NCBI RefSeq assembly: GCF_006345805.1
Contig: NW_021832375.1
Location: 1-64,000 of the forward strand
Origin: Octopus sinensis
Lineage: Eukaryota
DNA length: 64,000 nucleotides
Direction: 5' to 3'
Every line of letters starts with the position of its first letter. Positions within the stretch are counted from its first letter, which is position 1. Both the position numbers and the translations under genes were made by a program. This document shows, one piece after another, positions 51,963 through 63,694 of this stretch. Under the pieces are notes generated by a model that was not told where the DNA came from, made no database searches, and saw only the letters and a program-made list of their open reading frames with translations.

Positions 51963-52807
51963 TCTTTATATATAAAAGAAAGGTTGTGTGTCTGTCTACT
52001 CCGATTTAGATTCCTAACTACTCCCACATTTTGCGATGCAGTTTAACCAAAACCGGGTGTCTTATAGTCGTGATTCATATCGAGCCCTTCTGGGTATTAG
52101 CGCGCGTCTACGATGAGTCTACGATTTTACAAATAATTCACCATCATTTTTTCCATTTTAATGCATATTTTTTTAATAAAGGGAAGTAACTCTCAAACTT
52201 CACACCAATATGCGTGCTCATATGCGACGTAATATCACATCAGCAGCATTTCCTCACACCCTCCTTGCACTTGGCGAAGGCAAAATACCAGGGGATGAAA
52301 ATGGTAATATTGCCATCGATTCCATTTGTACCTTTGTTAAGACGCCTTCTGATCTCAGAGATGCAGTGTTCCCAGATCTACAAGCTAATTATCAGAATAT
52401 GGATTGAATTGGCCAAAAGGCTATACTGGCCCCGAGGAATAAAACTGTTCACCATATTAATGATGAAATGCTAAAACTCATTCCTGGGGAAGTCTATGTA
52501 TATCAGTCTATCAATACAACTCCTAACCCAGAGGACGTCATCAATTATCCAATAGAGGTACTCAATTCCTTTGAGCACCCCGGACTACCACCACACTTTC
52601 TCAAACTTAAAGTTGGTGCCCCTATAATGCTCATCAGAAATTTGGTTCCCCCAAAACAATGCAATGGCACACGTTTGATCGTTAAGTCCTTATCTCCCAC
52701 CGTAAACTTATATCAATATTTGCCTGAATAATCATCATCATTCAGTGCAATCATTAACAGTACTTTCAAGCAATTCAGCCCCGAGCAACGCCGGGCAATT
52801 CTGCTAG
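51963..52807 (+). mobile_element. Non-autonomous Helitron carrying a PIF1-type helicase fragment
   Basis: Inserted between A and T. 5' end is TCTTTATATATAAAAG; 3' end is hairpin GCCCCGAGCAACGCCGGGC then ...CTAG. Internal ...AILAPRN...HINDEML...YPIEVLNSFEHPGLPPHFLKLKVGAPIMLIRNL...CNGTRL contains one in-frame stop. Confidence 0.93.
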
Positions 52808-53299
52808 TCTTTCACTAAACAGAAAGAAAAAAAAATCCGGGAAAAGTGTAAAAATTAAGAGAGAGGGATGAATTTTTTGAAATTTTATTTTCAGGATCGA
52901 ATCCCCCCCACCTGCTTCATTTTTTCACTTTTTCCAGAATTTTCTCTTCTTACTTATTATTTTTTTTCTATTATTTCATATAAGTTTTCCCCTCTACGAC
53001 GAACGCTCGCATGGCTGGATAAAACTTTTCGCGGGGAACCTCATACTTCTCTCTTTCTTTCTTTCTTCCTCCCTTTCTCCCCCCCCTCTTTTACATTGTC
53101 TGTCTTTCTTCTCCTCTTCCTCCTCTGCAGTATTTGTCTTCCTATCTCCTTCCATCTTTAGGCCTTTAAAAGCTAGCCCCTCAAATATACGGTCTCATTC
53201 CTGATTCCGAATTTCTTCTGCCAGTTTCATGTCTGGATAAAACTTTTCGCGGGTCGCCCTCCCTCTCACCCCCTCCACCAATACAGGAAGGCTTGAAAA

Positions 53300-56200
53300 A
53301 AAATTTCTCATCCTTGTTGTCTCCCATTTTCACTTCAAAGTCTTACGCTGTCCCCACCGCTACAGGAAGTCCTAAATTTTCTCATCCTTGTTGTCTCCCA
53401 TGTACACTTCGCATCCCTGTTGTCTCCCATGCCCATCTGTTCCTCTTTCCATAAAGGTAGTGGTCATTCATTGCAAGATATCCTTGGTGTAACGTACGCG
53501 GTTTGAACTTGAGTTTTATTGTTTGTCTATGAATACTGCCAAACGCGAGTTTTCTTTTCAGGTTCATGATGCTACTAGGTCCATTGCCTCCCACTTCCTC
53601 AGGGTTGGCACCCTCAACGTTGGCACACTGAAAGGCAGATCTGGTGAGATCGTCGAATTGCTTGAACGGAGGTGTGTAGATATATGCTGTATTCAAGAGG
53701 TGAGGTGGAGAGGAGGTTCTGCTAGGTTCCTCACGGGTAAAGGACAGAGGTATAAGATTTTCTGGGCCGGGAATACTGAAGGGATCGGGGGAGTGGGTAT
53801 GCTTATTGCTGAAAAATGGGTAGATAAGGTTATTGAGGTAGTCAGAGTATGTGACAGAATACTGAAGATTAGATTAGTGCTCCATCATAGTTTAGCAACT
53901 ATTATATCGGCCTATGCCCCTCAGTCAGGCTTACCCGATGGACAGAAAGACAGTTTCTATGACACCCTACTGCAGACCACCTCATTGACGAACAACAGGG
54001 ACCTTCTCTTTGTGGCTGGTGACTTCAATGGGCATGTTGGACGATATGCTAAGGGCTTCTATGGCGTTCATGGAGGCTATGGTTATGGTTCTCGCAATGA
54101 GGAGGGAACCAGTCTGCTGGAGTTCTGTGATGCGAATAGTCTTATGGTTTGCAACACTAACTTCAGGAAACCGACAAGCCACTTGGTCACCTACCGTTCG
54201 GGCCAGCATACTAGCCAAATCGACTGCATCCTTGCCAGAAAAAGGGAAAGACGGCTGCTTATAAATGCCAAAACCTTCCCAGGCGAAGAATGTACCCCAC
54301 AACATAGAATGGTAGTCAGTGACTTTAGGATCAGGACTAAGAGGACGACTAGAAGACGACCAGCATGGAGAAGAAGGGTCTGGAAGCTTAAAGACCCTGC
54401 AAATGGACAGAGATTTAGAGACATGTTACTTGAAGCCTTCGACGAAATAGAAGGGGGTATAGCTACACATGGGGTAGAAGATAACTGGGCGCTTCTAAGG
54501 GACAGCCTGCTGAAAGCCACTGACCAGATCTGTGGCTTGTGCAAAGTCCCCACAAGACCCAAAATAACGTGGAAGTGGAACAGTACTGTTGACAGGGCAA
54601 TTAGACAAAAGAAGCAGGCTTGGAAGCACTGGAAGAAAGGTGGTAGCAGGGAAGTGTATCAGACTGCAAGAAGGGAAGCTAGGAGGCAAGTTTATTTAGC
54701 CAGAGGGGAAGCAGATAAGAAAAAATTGGCCAATGTCCTGAGCCGTGAGGATGAAAGACTTGAGGTATTTCGTATAGCAAGACAGTGTGTGAGGGAGAAT
54801 CGTGACGTGGTAGGAGAAAAATGTGTTCGCACGGATGACGGCTCACTTGCGCTAAATGAAGATGCAAAGAGAGAGGCTTGGAGAAGAATTACTGCAGAGA
54901 TGCTCAAAATATCTGGTAGTGTCGGCTATAGCCTAGTCACCCGTATAGTTAACCAGGTGATACACGAAGGAGTCATACCCAATGACTGGTGTAGCAGCAT
55001 AATAGTCAACTGCTACAAAGGTAAAGGTGACGCCCTAGATACAAATAACTACAGGGGTATCAAGCTGCTGGATCAGGTAATGAAGGTTACAGAGAGGGTC
55101 ATAGCCCAACTAATTAGAGAGAGAGTTAGCCTAGATCAGATGCAGTTTGGGTTCGTGCCAGGGAAAAGTACTACTGATGCTATTTTCATGGTAAGACAGC
55201 TGCAGGAAAAATACCTAGCCAAAGACAAGCCCCTATACCTGGCTTTTGTTGATATGGAGAAAGCCTTCGACAGGGTCCCCCGATCCCTTATCTGGTGGTC
55301 AATGAGGAAACTAGGAATAGATGAATGGTTAGTGAGAGCTGTACAAGCCATGTACAGAGACGCTGCTAGTAAGGTGAGGGTTGGCATCGAGTACAGTGAA
55401 GAATTCAGGGTAGAGATTGGGGTCCACCAAGGTTCAGTCCTCAGTCCCCTCCTATTTATCATAGTCCTCCAGGCAATAACGGAGGAATTCAAGACAGGAT
55501 GCCCCCGGGAGCTCCTCTATGCTGATGACCTTGCTCTAATTGCTGAGTCTCTATCAGAACTAGAGAAGTTTCAGGTATGGAAGCAAGGTTTAGAATCGAA
55601 GGGCCTTAGAATCAACCTAGCCAAAACCAAAGTCCTAATAAGTAGGAAGGTAGACCAATCACAAACGCCTTCAGGTAGATGGCCCTGCTCGATCTGTAGA
55701 AAAGGCGTAGGTAGAAACTCTATAAGATGCACCAAATGTAAGCTATGGACACATAAGAAATGTAGTAATGTCAAAGGAAGACTAACTAGGAAAATAGTTT
55801 TTATCTGTGGCAGATGCTCAGGAGCAATAAACTCTGAAAATATGCAGAGACCAACTTCTACCACGTTCCAGGGAGAAAAAACTAGAAGTAGTTGATAGCT
55901 TCCGCTACCTAGGTGACCAAGTCAGTAGCGGGGGCGGGTGTGCTGAAAGTGTAACTGCTAGAGTAAGAATAGCCTGGGCAAAGTTTAGAGAGCTCTTACC
56001 CCTGCTGGTGACAAAAGGTCTCTCGCTCAAAGTAATAAGCAGACTGTATGATGCATGTGTACGTACAGCCATGCTACATGGTAGTGAAACTTGGGTTGTG
56101 ACTGCTGAGGATTTGCGTAAGCTCGCAAGAAATGAAGCTCGTATGCTCCGATGGATGTGTAACGTCAGTGTTCATAATCGACAGAGTGTAAGTACCTTGA

Positions 56201-58030
56201 GAGAAAAGTTGAACCTAAGAAGCATCAGTTGTTGTGTGCAAGAGAGACGTTTGCGCTGGTATGGTCATGTGATGAGAATGGCTGAAGATAGTTGTGTGCG
56301 AAAGTGCCACACCCTGGCAGTTGAGGGCACCTGTGGAAAACCTGGGTCGAGGTGGTGAAGCACGACCTTCGAACTTTAGGTCTCACCAAGGAAATGACCA
56401 GAGACCGAGACCTTTGGAATTATGCTGTGCGCGAGAAAACCCGGCAAAACCAGTGAGAACAGTCAAAATCAAAATCAAACCAAATCAATTCATATATCAG
56501 AAAGCAGAACCAAATTGAGGTCGATCAACATCAGTGGGAATTGCAGCTGTGGTTAAGCGAACCATCCGATCGTGGTCGTTGCCGGCGCCGCCCCGTCTAG
56601 CCTCCGTGTCGGTGGCACGTAAAAGCACCATCCGTTCGTGTCCGCTGCCAGCCTCGCCTGGCCCCCGTGCCGGTGACACGTAAAAGCACCATCCGTTTCG
56701 TGGCCGTTTGCCAGCTCTGTCTGGCCCCCGTGTTGGTGGCACGTAAAAGCACCATCCGTTCGTGTCCGCTGCCAGCCTCGCCTGGCCCCCGTGCCGGTGA
56801 CACGTAAAAGCACCATCCGTTTCGTGGCCGTTTGCCAGCTCTGTCTGGCCCTCGTGCCGGTGACACGTAAAAGCACCATCCGTTTCGTGGCCGTTTGCCA
56901 GCTCTGTCTGGCCCCCGTGTTGGTGGCACGTAGAAGCACCACCCGTTCGTGTCCGCTGCCAGCCTCGCCTGGCCCCCGTGCCGGTGACACGTAAAAGCAC
57001 CATCCGTTTCGTGGCCGTTTGCCAGCTCTGTCTGGCCCCCGTGTTGGTGGCACGTAAAAGCACCATCCGTTCGTGTCCGCTGCCAGCCTCGCCTGGCCCC
57101 CGTGCCGGTGACACGTAAAAGCACCATCCGTTTCGTGGCCGTTTGCCAGCTCTGTCTGGCCCCCGTGTTGGTGGCACGTAAAAGCACCATCCGTTCGTGT
57201 CCGCTGCCAGCCTCGCCTGGCCCCCGTGCCGGTGACACGTAAAAGCACCATCCGTTTCGTGGCCGTTTGCCAGCTCTGTCTGGCCCCCGTGTTGGTGGCA
57301 CGTAGAAGCACCATCCGTTCGTGTCCGCTGCCAGCCTCGCCTGGCCCCCGTGCCGGTGACACGTAAAAGCACCATCCGTTTCGTGGCCGTTTGCCAGCTC
57401 TGTCTGGCCCCCGTGTTGGTGGCACGTAAAAGCACCATCCGTTCGTGTCCGCTGCCAGCCTCGCCTGGCCCCCGTGCCGGTGACACGTAAAAGCACCATC
57501 CGTTTCGTGGCCGTTTGCCAGCTCTGTCTGGCCCCCGTGTTGGTGGCACGTAGAAGCACCATCCGTTCGTGTCCGCTGCCAGCCTCGCCTGGCCCCCGTG
57601 CCGGTGACACGTAAAAGCACCATCCGTTTTGTGGCCGTTTGCCAGCTCTGTCTGGCCCCCGTGTTGGTGGCACGTAAAAGCACCATCCGTTCGTGTCCGT
57701 TGCCAGCCTCGCCTGGCCCCCGTGCCGGTGACACGTAAAAGCACCATCCGTTTCGTGGCCGTTTGCCAGCTCTGTCTGGCCCCCGTGTTGGTGACACGTA
57801 AAAGCACCATCCGTTCGTGGCCGTTTGCCAGCTCCGTCTGACTCCTGTGCGGGTGGCACGTAAAAAGCACCCACTACACTCACGGAGTGGTTGGCGTTAG
57901 GAAGGGCATCCAGCCGTAGAAACACTGCCAGATCTGACTGGGCCTGATGAAGCCTTCCAGCTTCACAGACCCCAGTTGAACCGTCCAACCCATGCTAGCA
58001 TGGAAAACGGACGCTAAATGATGATGATGA
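53300..58030 (+). mobile_element. Near-full-length RTE-clade LINE (APE + RT + PHD-like finger) with a minisatellite-expanded 3' UTR and (ATG)n tail
   Basis: ORF 53523-55895 contains RVGTLNVGTL, CCIQEVRW, SAYAPQ, AGDFNGHVG, NYRGIKLL, QFGFVPGKST, DMEKAFDRV, HQGSVLSP and LLYADDL. After a frameshift in an A run (~55875) it continues FRYLG...LHGSETW...RRLRWYGHV. The tail CCAACCCATGCTAGCATGGAAAACGGACGCTAAATGATGATGATG matches the tail of the decayed copy at 34.3 kb. Confidence 0.88.
56611..57870. repeat. GC-rich minisatellite, 20 units of 61 bp (A) and 63 bp (B), mostly alternating (124-bp dimer)
   Basis: Unit starts GGTG(G/A)CACGTAAAAGCACC at 56611, 56672, 56735, 56796, 56859, 56922, 56983, 57046 ... 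57790. Order is ABABB(AB)n. Confidence 0.97.
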
Positions 58031-58139
58031 TTTTATTATTATTATTTTTTGGGTGGGGGCCAAATACGTAAAAAATACAAAGATTTGAACTCTGATAATA
58101 ATTAAAAAAAAAATTTTAACTCGTTAACCAGCCACATGT

Positions 58140-58673
58140 TTCCGGGTGGCACCTCGGGCAAGAGATTTGTTTCAGTCATTTGCCTGTGGCCATGCTGGAG
58201 AGCTGCCATTAGTCGAGCAAATCGACAGCAGGACTTATTTTTTGTAAGTCTATTGCTTATTCTATCGGTCTCTATTTGCTGAACCGCTAAGTTCGTTATG
58301 TTATCGTAGTTTTGTTAGCTTTGGCTGCTATTTCTAGCATATGGATAGCCTGCTTGAAGGCCTGAAGGGTATATATATATATTTTTATATATGATCTTTT
58401 ATTTTACTTGTTTCAGTCATTTGACTATGGCCATGCTGGAGCACCGCCTCTAGTCAAGCAAATCGACCCCAAGACTTATTCTTTTTAAGTCCAGCGGTTC
58501 TTGACAAGCCGCTAATTGACGGGGATGTAAACACCCCAGCATCGGTTGTTAAGCGATGTTGGGGGGACAAAAAGGCACACACACTCACACACACATATAT
58601 GTATATATATATTTATATACGGCGGGCTTCTTTCAGTTTCCATCTCCCAAATATATTCATACACACACACACG

Positions 58674-58711
<38 letters not shown>

Positions 58712-58870
58712 TATTTACGACGGGGCTTCCTTCAGTTTCCGTCAACCAGATTCACTCACAAGGCTTTGGTCGCCCGAGGCTATAGCAGAAGTCACTCGCT
58801 CAAGGTGCCACGCAGTGGGACTGAACCCGGAACCATGTGCTTGGTACGCAAGCTACTTAACGCACCGCCA
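58140..58870 (-). mobile_element. tRNA-derived SINE copies (one partial, one near full length)
   Basis: Minus-strand head includes a B box (GGTTCCGGGTTCAGTCCCACTGCGTGGCACCTTG). Body CCTCGGGCGACCAAAGCCTTGTGAGTG...GGAAACTGAAGGAAGCC; tail ...GCTCCAGCATGGCCATAGTCAAATGACTGAAACAAG. Confidence 0.85.
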
Positions 58871-59323
58871 ACCCCGCCTCTATTTCGAGAGTTATCTCCA
58901 CTTACTTGCCATCTCCTATTCCAACTTAAATCTACTTCCGGCAACAGTAAATTTGAAATTAATTGGGACCCCGGATCCGTTGCAACCGTTTAAAACTAAA
59001 CTGAGGTAAGGCATTTTTATTTCATTTGGGGCCATTTAACGCTTGAATGAACATCCTTTCATCTTAAACTCTGTCTGTGTGTCTATAAATTAATGATACG
59101 ATATTAATTATCGTAAAAGTGCGTGATCCAATTATGAGATCAGGAAATTAATGCTTTTGTTTTTCGTTACGAAACTTACAAGGGCGTGGCCGCTTTGTGG
59201 GGGACAGAGATGGAGGTAACACAGAGTAGGGTCTCTGTTAAGTCAGCCTGAAATGGTAGGGTTTTGTGTAGATGTTTTAACAAGGGTGGATTTCTCCGCT
59301 GTGGAATCTGGGTACCGTTTATT

Positions 59324-59517
59324 TAAGAAGAGTGGTCCTGGTGCGCGCACTCGTTTACTCGCGCACGCGCGCTAGATAGTCGTGACTAGTCGATCCTACA
59401 ACGACTACCTAGCAAAGTAAATGAAACACAAAAACACAAAGTAAGGATCGACTAGTCACGACTAGCTTCCTCAGATGCGCTTGTACACGATTGCGCGCAC
59501 CGGGACCACTCGTCTTA
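59324..59517. mobile_element. 194-bp CpG-rich MITE-like element with ~74-bp imperfect TIRs
   Basis: Left TAAGAAGAGTGGTCCTGGTGCGCGCACTCG...TAGTCGTGACTAGTCGATCCT; right end reverse complement TAAGACGAGTGGTCCCGGTGCGCGCAATCG...TAGTCGTGACTAGTCGATCCT. TA occurs at both ends. Confidence 0.85.
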
Positions 59518-59815
59518 GGTTGTACCCTGTAAATTAATGTGTGTCTATAAATTAAAACTGAATGTGTTTGTGTGTGTACGTTTGTGTGTGCATGTGTGTG
59601 TGTGTTGTGTGTGTGTGTGTGTGTGTATATTATTGATCCATTCTTTCTGCATCTGGATCCCCTTCATGTTATTAACCCTTACCTGTTGTTCAAGGGATCA
59701 CTTATTCCAATGGTTTGTCTATTAACAGGGAAAATGATAATCTAATCGTTCATTGCTGAGCAATTTTCAGTAAAGGCAAATGGAAACATACACACACACA
59801 CACACACACATAGAA

Positions 59816-60108
59816 GAAGGTACTTGCCCAAGGTGTCATACAGTGGGCCAAAACTTGTGGTTGGCGTTTGGAAGGGCATCCAGCTGTAAAATCCCTGCCA
59901 AAATAGACAGTAGCCCAGGGTAGTTTTTTCTACCTGGATGGCTCCTGTCATCCATCTTACTCATGAATGCATGGAAGGTGGACGGTATGTGGTGATGATG
60001 ATGATGATTGCCGTGGCACGAAAAAAGCACCAACCGATCGTGGTCGTTGCCAGCCTCCCCTGGCACATAAAAAGCACCCACTACACTCACGGAGTGGTTG
60101 GCGTTAAC
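59816..60108 (+). mobile_element. Fragments of the RTE 3' UTR / related SINE
   Basis: GGTTGGCGTTTGGAAGGGCATCCAGC...GATGATGATG and GTGGCACGAAAAAAGCACC...AAAAAGCACCCACTACACTCACGGAGTGGTTGGCG are near-identical to 57855-57900. Confidence 0.75.
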
Positions 60109-60965
60109 TAGCAAACGAGTTTATTATTATTATCTGTTTTGTTAGTTTATTTTGTCTCTCTTCTCTCCTGGTGTGAACATTTAAGGTGGTTTTAGACTCA
60201 AGTTTTGGCTGCTATGTCTAGTATGATGGTATCTCTTAGATACTCTTTTTCATAATTTTAATAATTTCGTGTATATATATACATGATTTGTGTATAATTA
60301 TATGTGGTATATGTATATAACATGTTCCAGCTGGGGCGTGTTTGAACAATTCAGACGAATAGAAGCCATATGTATTGAAATCTAAATTTTTGTCTACTCT
60401 CCATGTTTAAAATTTTATGGAAAGCGACAAGAAAATGCGTGGGTGAGAATGATATAGAGAGAGAGAGTGGAAGAGAAATAGAATAAGAGATCAAGAGAGG
60501 GTGAAATAGATAGAATGAAAGGCAGAGGGAGAAATAGATACATATATAATTAGACTTAGAGTGAGGGAGAGAATAAAACAGGTAGACAATCTAGTTTATC
60601 TAATCCCCCTCTCTATAAAGCTGTTCAATGTTCATTCTCACTCTCTTTTTGACTCTTTCTCACTCTCTGTCTGACTCTCTCCCACTAAAGAAGGACGTTG
60701 TGGAAGACAATTTAAATGCTAGAAATAGCAGCAAAACAACTCCTTAGAAATATGCTATGATGATTTTAACAATATATATATATATATATATAAATATGTG
60801 TGTGTGTGTGTGTATATATATACATGTATATATGTGTGTATATATATATCTATATATTTACATATACATATATATATATATATATTATATGTGTGTGTGT
60901 GTGTATATATATATATATGTATGTATATGTGTATGTATATATATATATATATATACATGCAAGTA

Positions 60966-60997
<32 letters not shown>

Positions 60998-61533
60998 AAG
61001 GTATGTAGAAAAATACAACATGGACAAGAACGTATAACTCTTAGAAGACGATACAATAAACACGGACAGGACATTCGAAACCCTCAGTCTTCAGTCAAGA
61101 ACCGGATCATCGTAGTAATTTCGGCTGATTAATCTTGAGATTACTAGATCACGGCCAGCCCTCCAAGAAAAACTAAGCAACGAGCATTAGAAAAACTAAG
61201 CTGGGAGCGTAGATTTCCTGGAAGAAGGATCGAATGCATACGGACACCAGGACAGCAAAAGGGACGAATATAAAAAAACAAAAAAATAATGGAATACAGA
61301 AACATGAAATACAGAAGCATTAACGGTGAAAACAACAACAAGTGTCTTACGACTGATAACAAGCAAACAAATTTTTTCTCTGGCGCAAGGAAAGGAGCCT
61401 TATCGGCGATGCCTATAGCGGCGGACGAAAAACAACGATGTTAACACGACGCTGGTCAGAAGCTGAAAGGCAGATTTCGGCCAGCAGTCACGTGACAGAG
61501 AAGAGAGAAAAGAAAAGAAAGAGAAGCAACGGA

Positions 61534-61564
<31 letters not shown>

Positions 61565-61800
61565 GAGGGACAAACGCGACAAAGAGCGAGAAGAGAGAGA
61601 AAGAAGGAATCAGAGAGGAGAAGGGATGGGTGTCGAAGAGCGACCTGTGAGTGCAGAGCGAGACAAAGAAATAGGAGGGTAGTGGAAGATTAGACCAAAG
61701 AATCAGAGGAAAGAGAAGAGAAAAAGAGGATGAGTAGAGAGAGAAGGGGACAGATCAAGTAAAAGTGAGAGAGAGAGAGAGACAAACAAAGAGTCGTATA
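60998..61800. mobile_element. Probable Penelope-like element remnant (pseudo-LTR plus GA-rich tract) between (TA)n blocks
   Basis: Recognised as a common repeat (AAAATACAACATGGACAAGAACG...CAGTCAAGAACCGGAT...TTTCGGCTGAT). The family assignment is from memory of similar repeats and has no coding support here. Confidence 0.35.
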
Positions 61801-61838
61801 TATATATATATATATGTATGTATATATGTATGTATATA

Positions 61839-61881
<43 letters not shown>

Positions 61882-61892
61882 GCAAATATATA

Positions 61893-61936
<44 letters not shown>

Positions 61937-62236
61937 CATTTACCCACCCTCATTAGTGAGAGTGGATGAATATATACTTTCATACATACTTATATATATA
62001 TGTAGTTTCATAGTTGTTATTTCGTCAACCCTGAAATGATAATTTAGTGTTGAATAATAGAATTCGAACCCAGAATGTAAGCTCCCAGCAAATAACTATA
62101 AATAATACCAACAGGATATGTGGTTATCAAGACATAGCAGTAATTGACGCTTTGTGTGTGTGTGTGCCCGTGCATGCGTGTGGCGACTACTTCGATTTTG
62201 TTGTGTTTGTGTTTCTGTATATATCTGTGCATGTAT

Positions 62237-62344
<108 letters not shown>

Positions 62345-62424
62345 ATTTCTCGATGTACGTGTGCTCATAACAATATATTTATATAGACAAATATATACAT
62401 TCATATATAGAAAGTTGAAAAGTG

Positions 62425-62720
62425 ACACGTGACTGTGTGGTGAGAAGCTTGCTTACCTACCACATTGTTCTGAGTTCAATCTCACTGCGAGGCACCTTTG
62501 GTGAGTGTCTTATTCTATAGCCACGGGCTGACCCAATCCTTGTGAGTAGATTAGGTAGATGGAAACTGAAAGAAGCCCATCGGATGTATATATATATATA
62601 TATGTTTGTGTTTGTGTTTGTCACCGCACCATCGCTTCACAACCAATGCTGTAGTGTTTACGTCCCCGTAACTTTGCGGTTCGGCAAAAGGTACCGATAG
62701 AATAAATACTAGACTTAAAA
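62425..62720 (+). mobile_element. tRNA-derived SINE
   Basis: GTGACTGTGTGGTGAGAAGCTTGC (A box)...GAGTTCAATCTCAC (B box)...GATGGAAACTGAAAGAAGCCC...TACGTCCCCGTAAC...GCGGTTCGGCAAAAG. Confidence 0.8.
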
Positions 62721-63165
62721 AGCAAGCAAATACATACATATATACGCACATATACATACACATATATATACATATATAAATAGTAAATAAAGTTACTTCT
62801 GTTGGCAGCTAGACGCATGGGAACAGTCTACCTTGGCATATATATTCCGCATATGGACGGGACAACAGTCCATCGCAGGGTGAGTCATTCTTGTCAAGGA
62901 ATGTGAAATAAAGTCCAACTCATCGCAAATGTTCATTAAACTAAAACACGTAAAGCTCTTCGAGGCTCCAGCAAGGGCTGGTGGCGAACCCTGCTGTATT
63001 ATTTCACCACAACTTTCTCTCACTCTGTCTTCCTGTTTCTGTTGTACCTGTATTTCAAAGGGGCCAGCCATGTCACACTATGTGTCACGCTGAATCTCAC
63101 CGAGAACTACGTTAAGGGTACACGTGTCTGTGGAGTACTCAGCTACTTGCATATTAATTTCACGA

Positions 63166-63559
63166 AGAGTCTAAGGCGGCGTGCTGGCAGAAACGTTAGC
63201 CCGCCTGGCGAAATACTTAGCAGTATTTCGTCTGCCGCTACGTTCTGAGTTCAAATTCCGCCGAGGTCGACTTTGCCTTTCATCGTTTCGGGGTCGATTA
63301 AATAAGGACCAGTTACGCACTGGGGTTGATATAATCGACTTCGTCCGTTTGTCTGTCCTTGTTCGTCCCCTCTGTGTTTAGCCCCCTGTTGGTAGTAATG
63401 AAATAGGTATTTCGTCTGTCTTTACTTTCTGAGTTTAAATTCCGTCGAGGTCGACTTTGCCTTTCATCCTTTCGGTGTAGATAAATCAAGTACAAGTTTC
63501 GTACTGGTGTAGATCTAATCGATGGCCCACTCCCCTAAAATTTCGGACCTTGTGCCTAG
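63166..63559 (+). mobile_element. Second SINE family with a 10-bp target-site duplication, inserted in an older repeat
   Basis: Head GGCGGCGTGCTGGCAGAAACG...GAGTTCAAATTCCGCCGAGGTCGAC with a partial internal dimer. Flanked by AATTTCACGA at 63156-63165 and 63560-63569. Confidence 0.85.
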
Positions 63560-63694
63560 AATTTCACGAGTAGTCTTCCGTTGACTGGATCAACTGGAAA
63601 CCTCTTCGTCTCAACCGACGGAGTGCCATAGTAGTATATATGTACACGCACACACATATATCTATATATTCGTTTCTTTTCTTTTATTCGTTTC

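Noticed and set aside
56497-57988. Three overlapping 414-463-aa minus-strand ORFs
   Set aside because: These are translations of the 61/63-bp minisatellite with no domain signal.
58780-58870. tRNA genes at SINE heads (also 29072, 62425, 63175)
   Set aside because: A/B boxes are present but they continue into SINE bodies and lack a complete cloverleaf, so they are annotated as SINEs.
61060-61150. Hammerhead ribozyme-like cores on the minus strand (CTGAAGA...GAAT; CTCAAGA...GAAA), with similar hints at ~43445 and ~24965
   Set aside because: Core nucleotides deviate from CUGANGA/GAAA and I cannot build convincing stems I and III by eye. An Infernal search with hammerhead covariance models would be needed.
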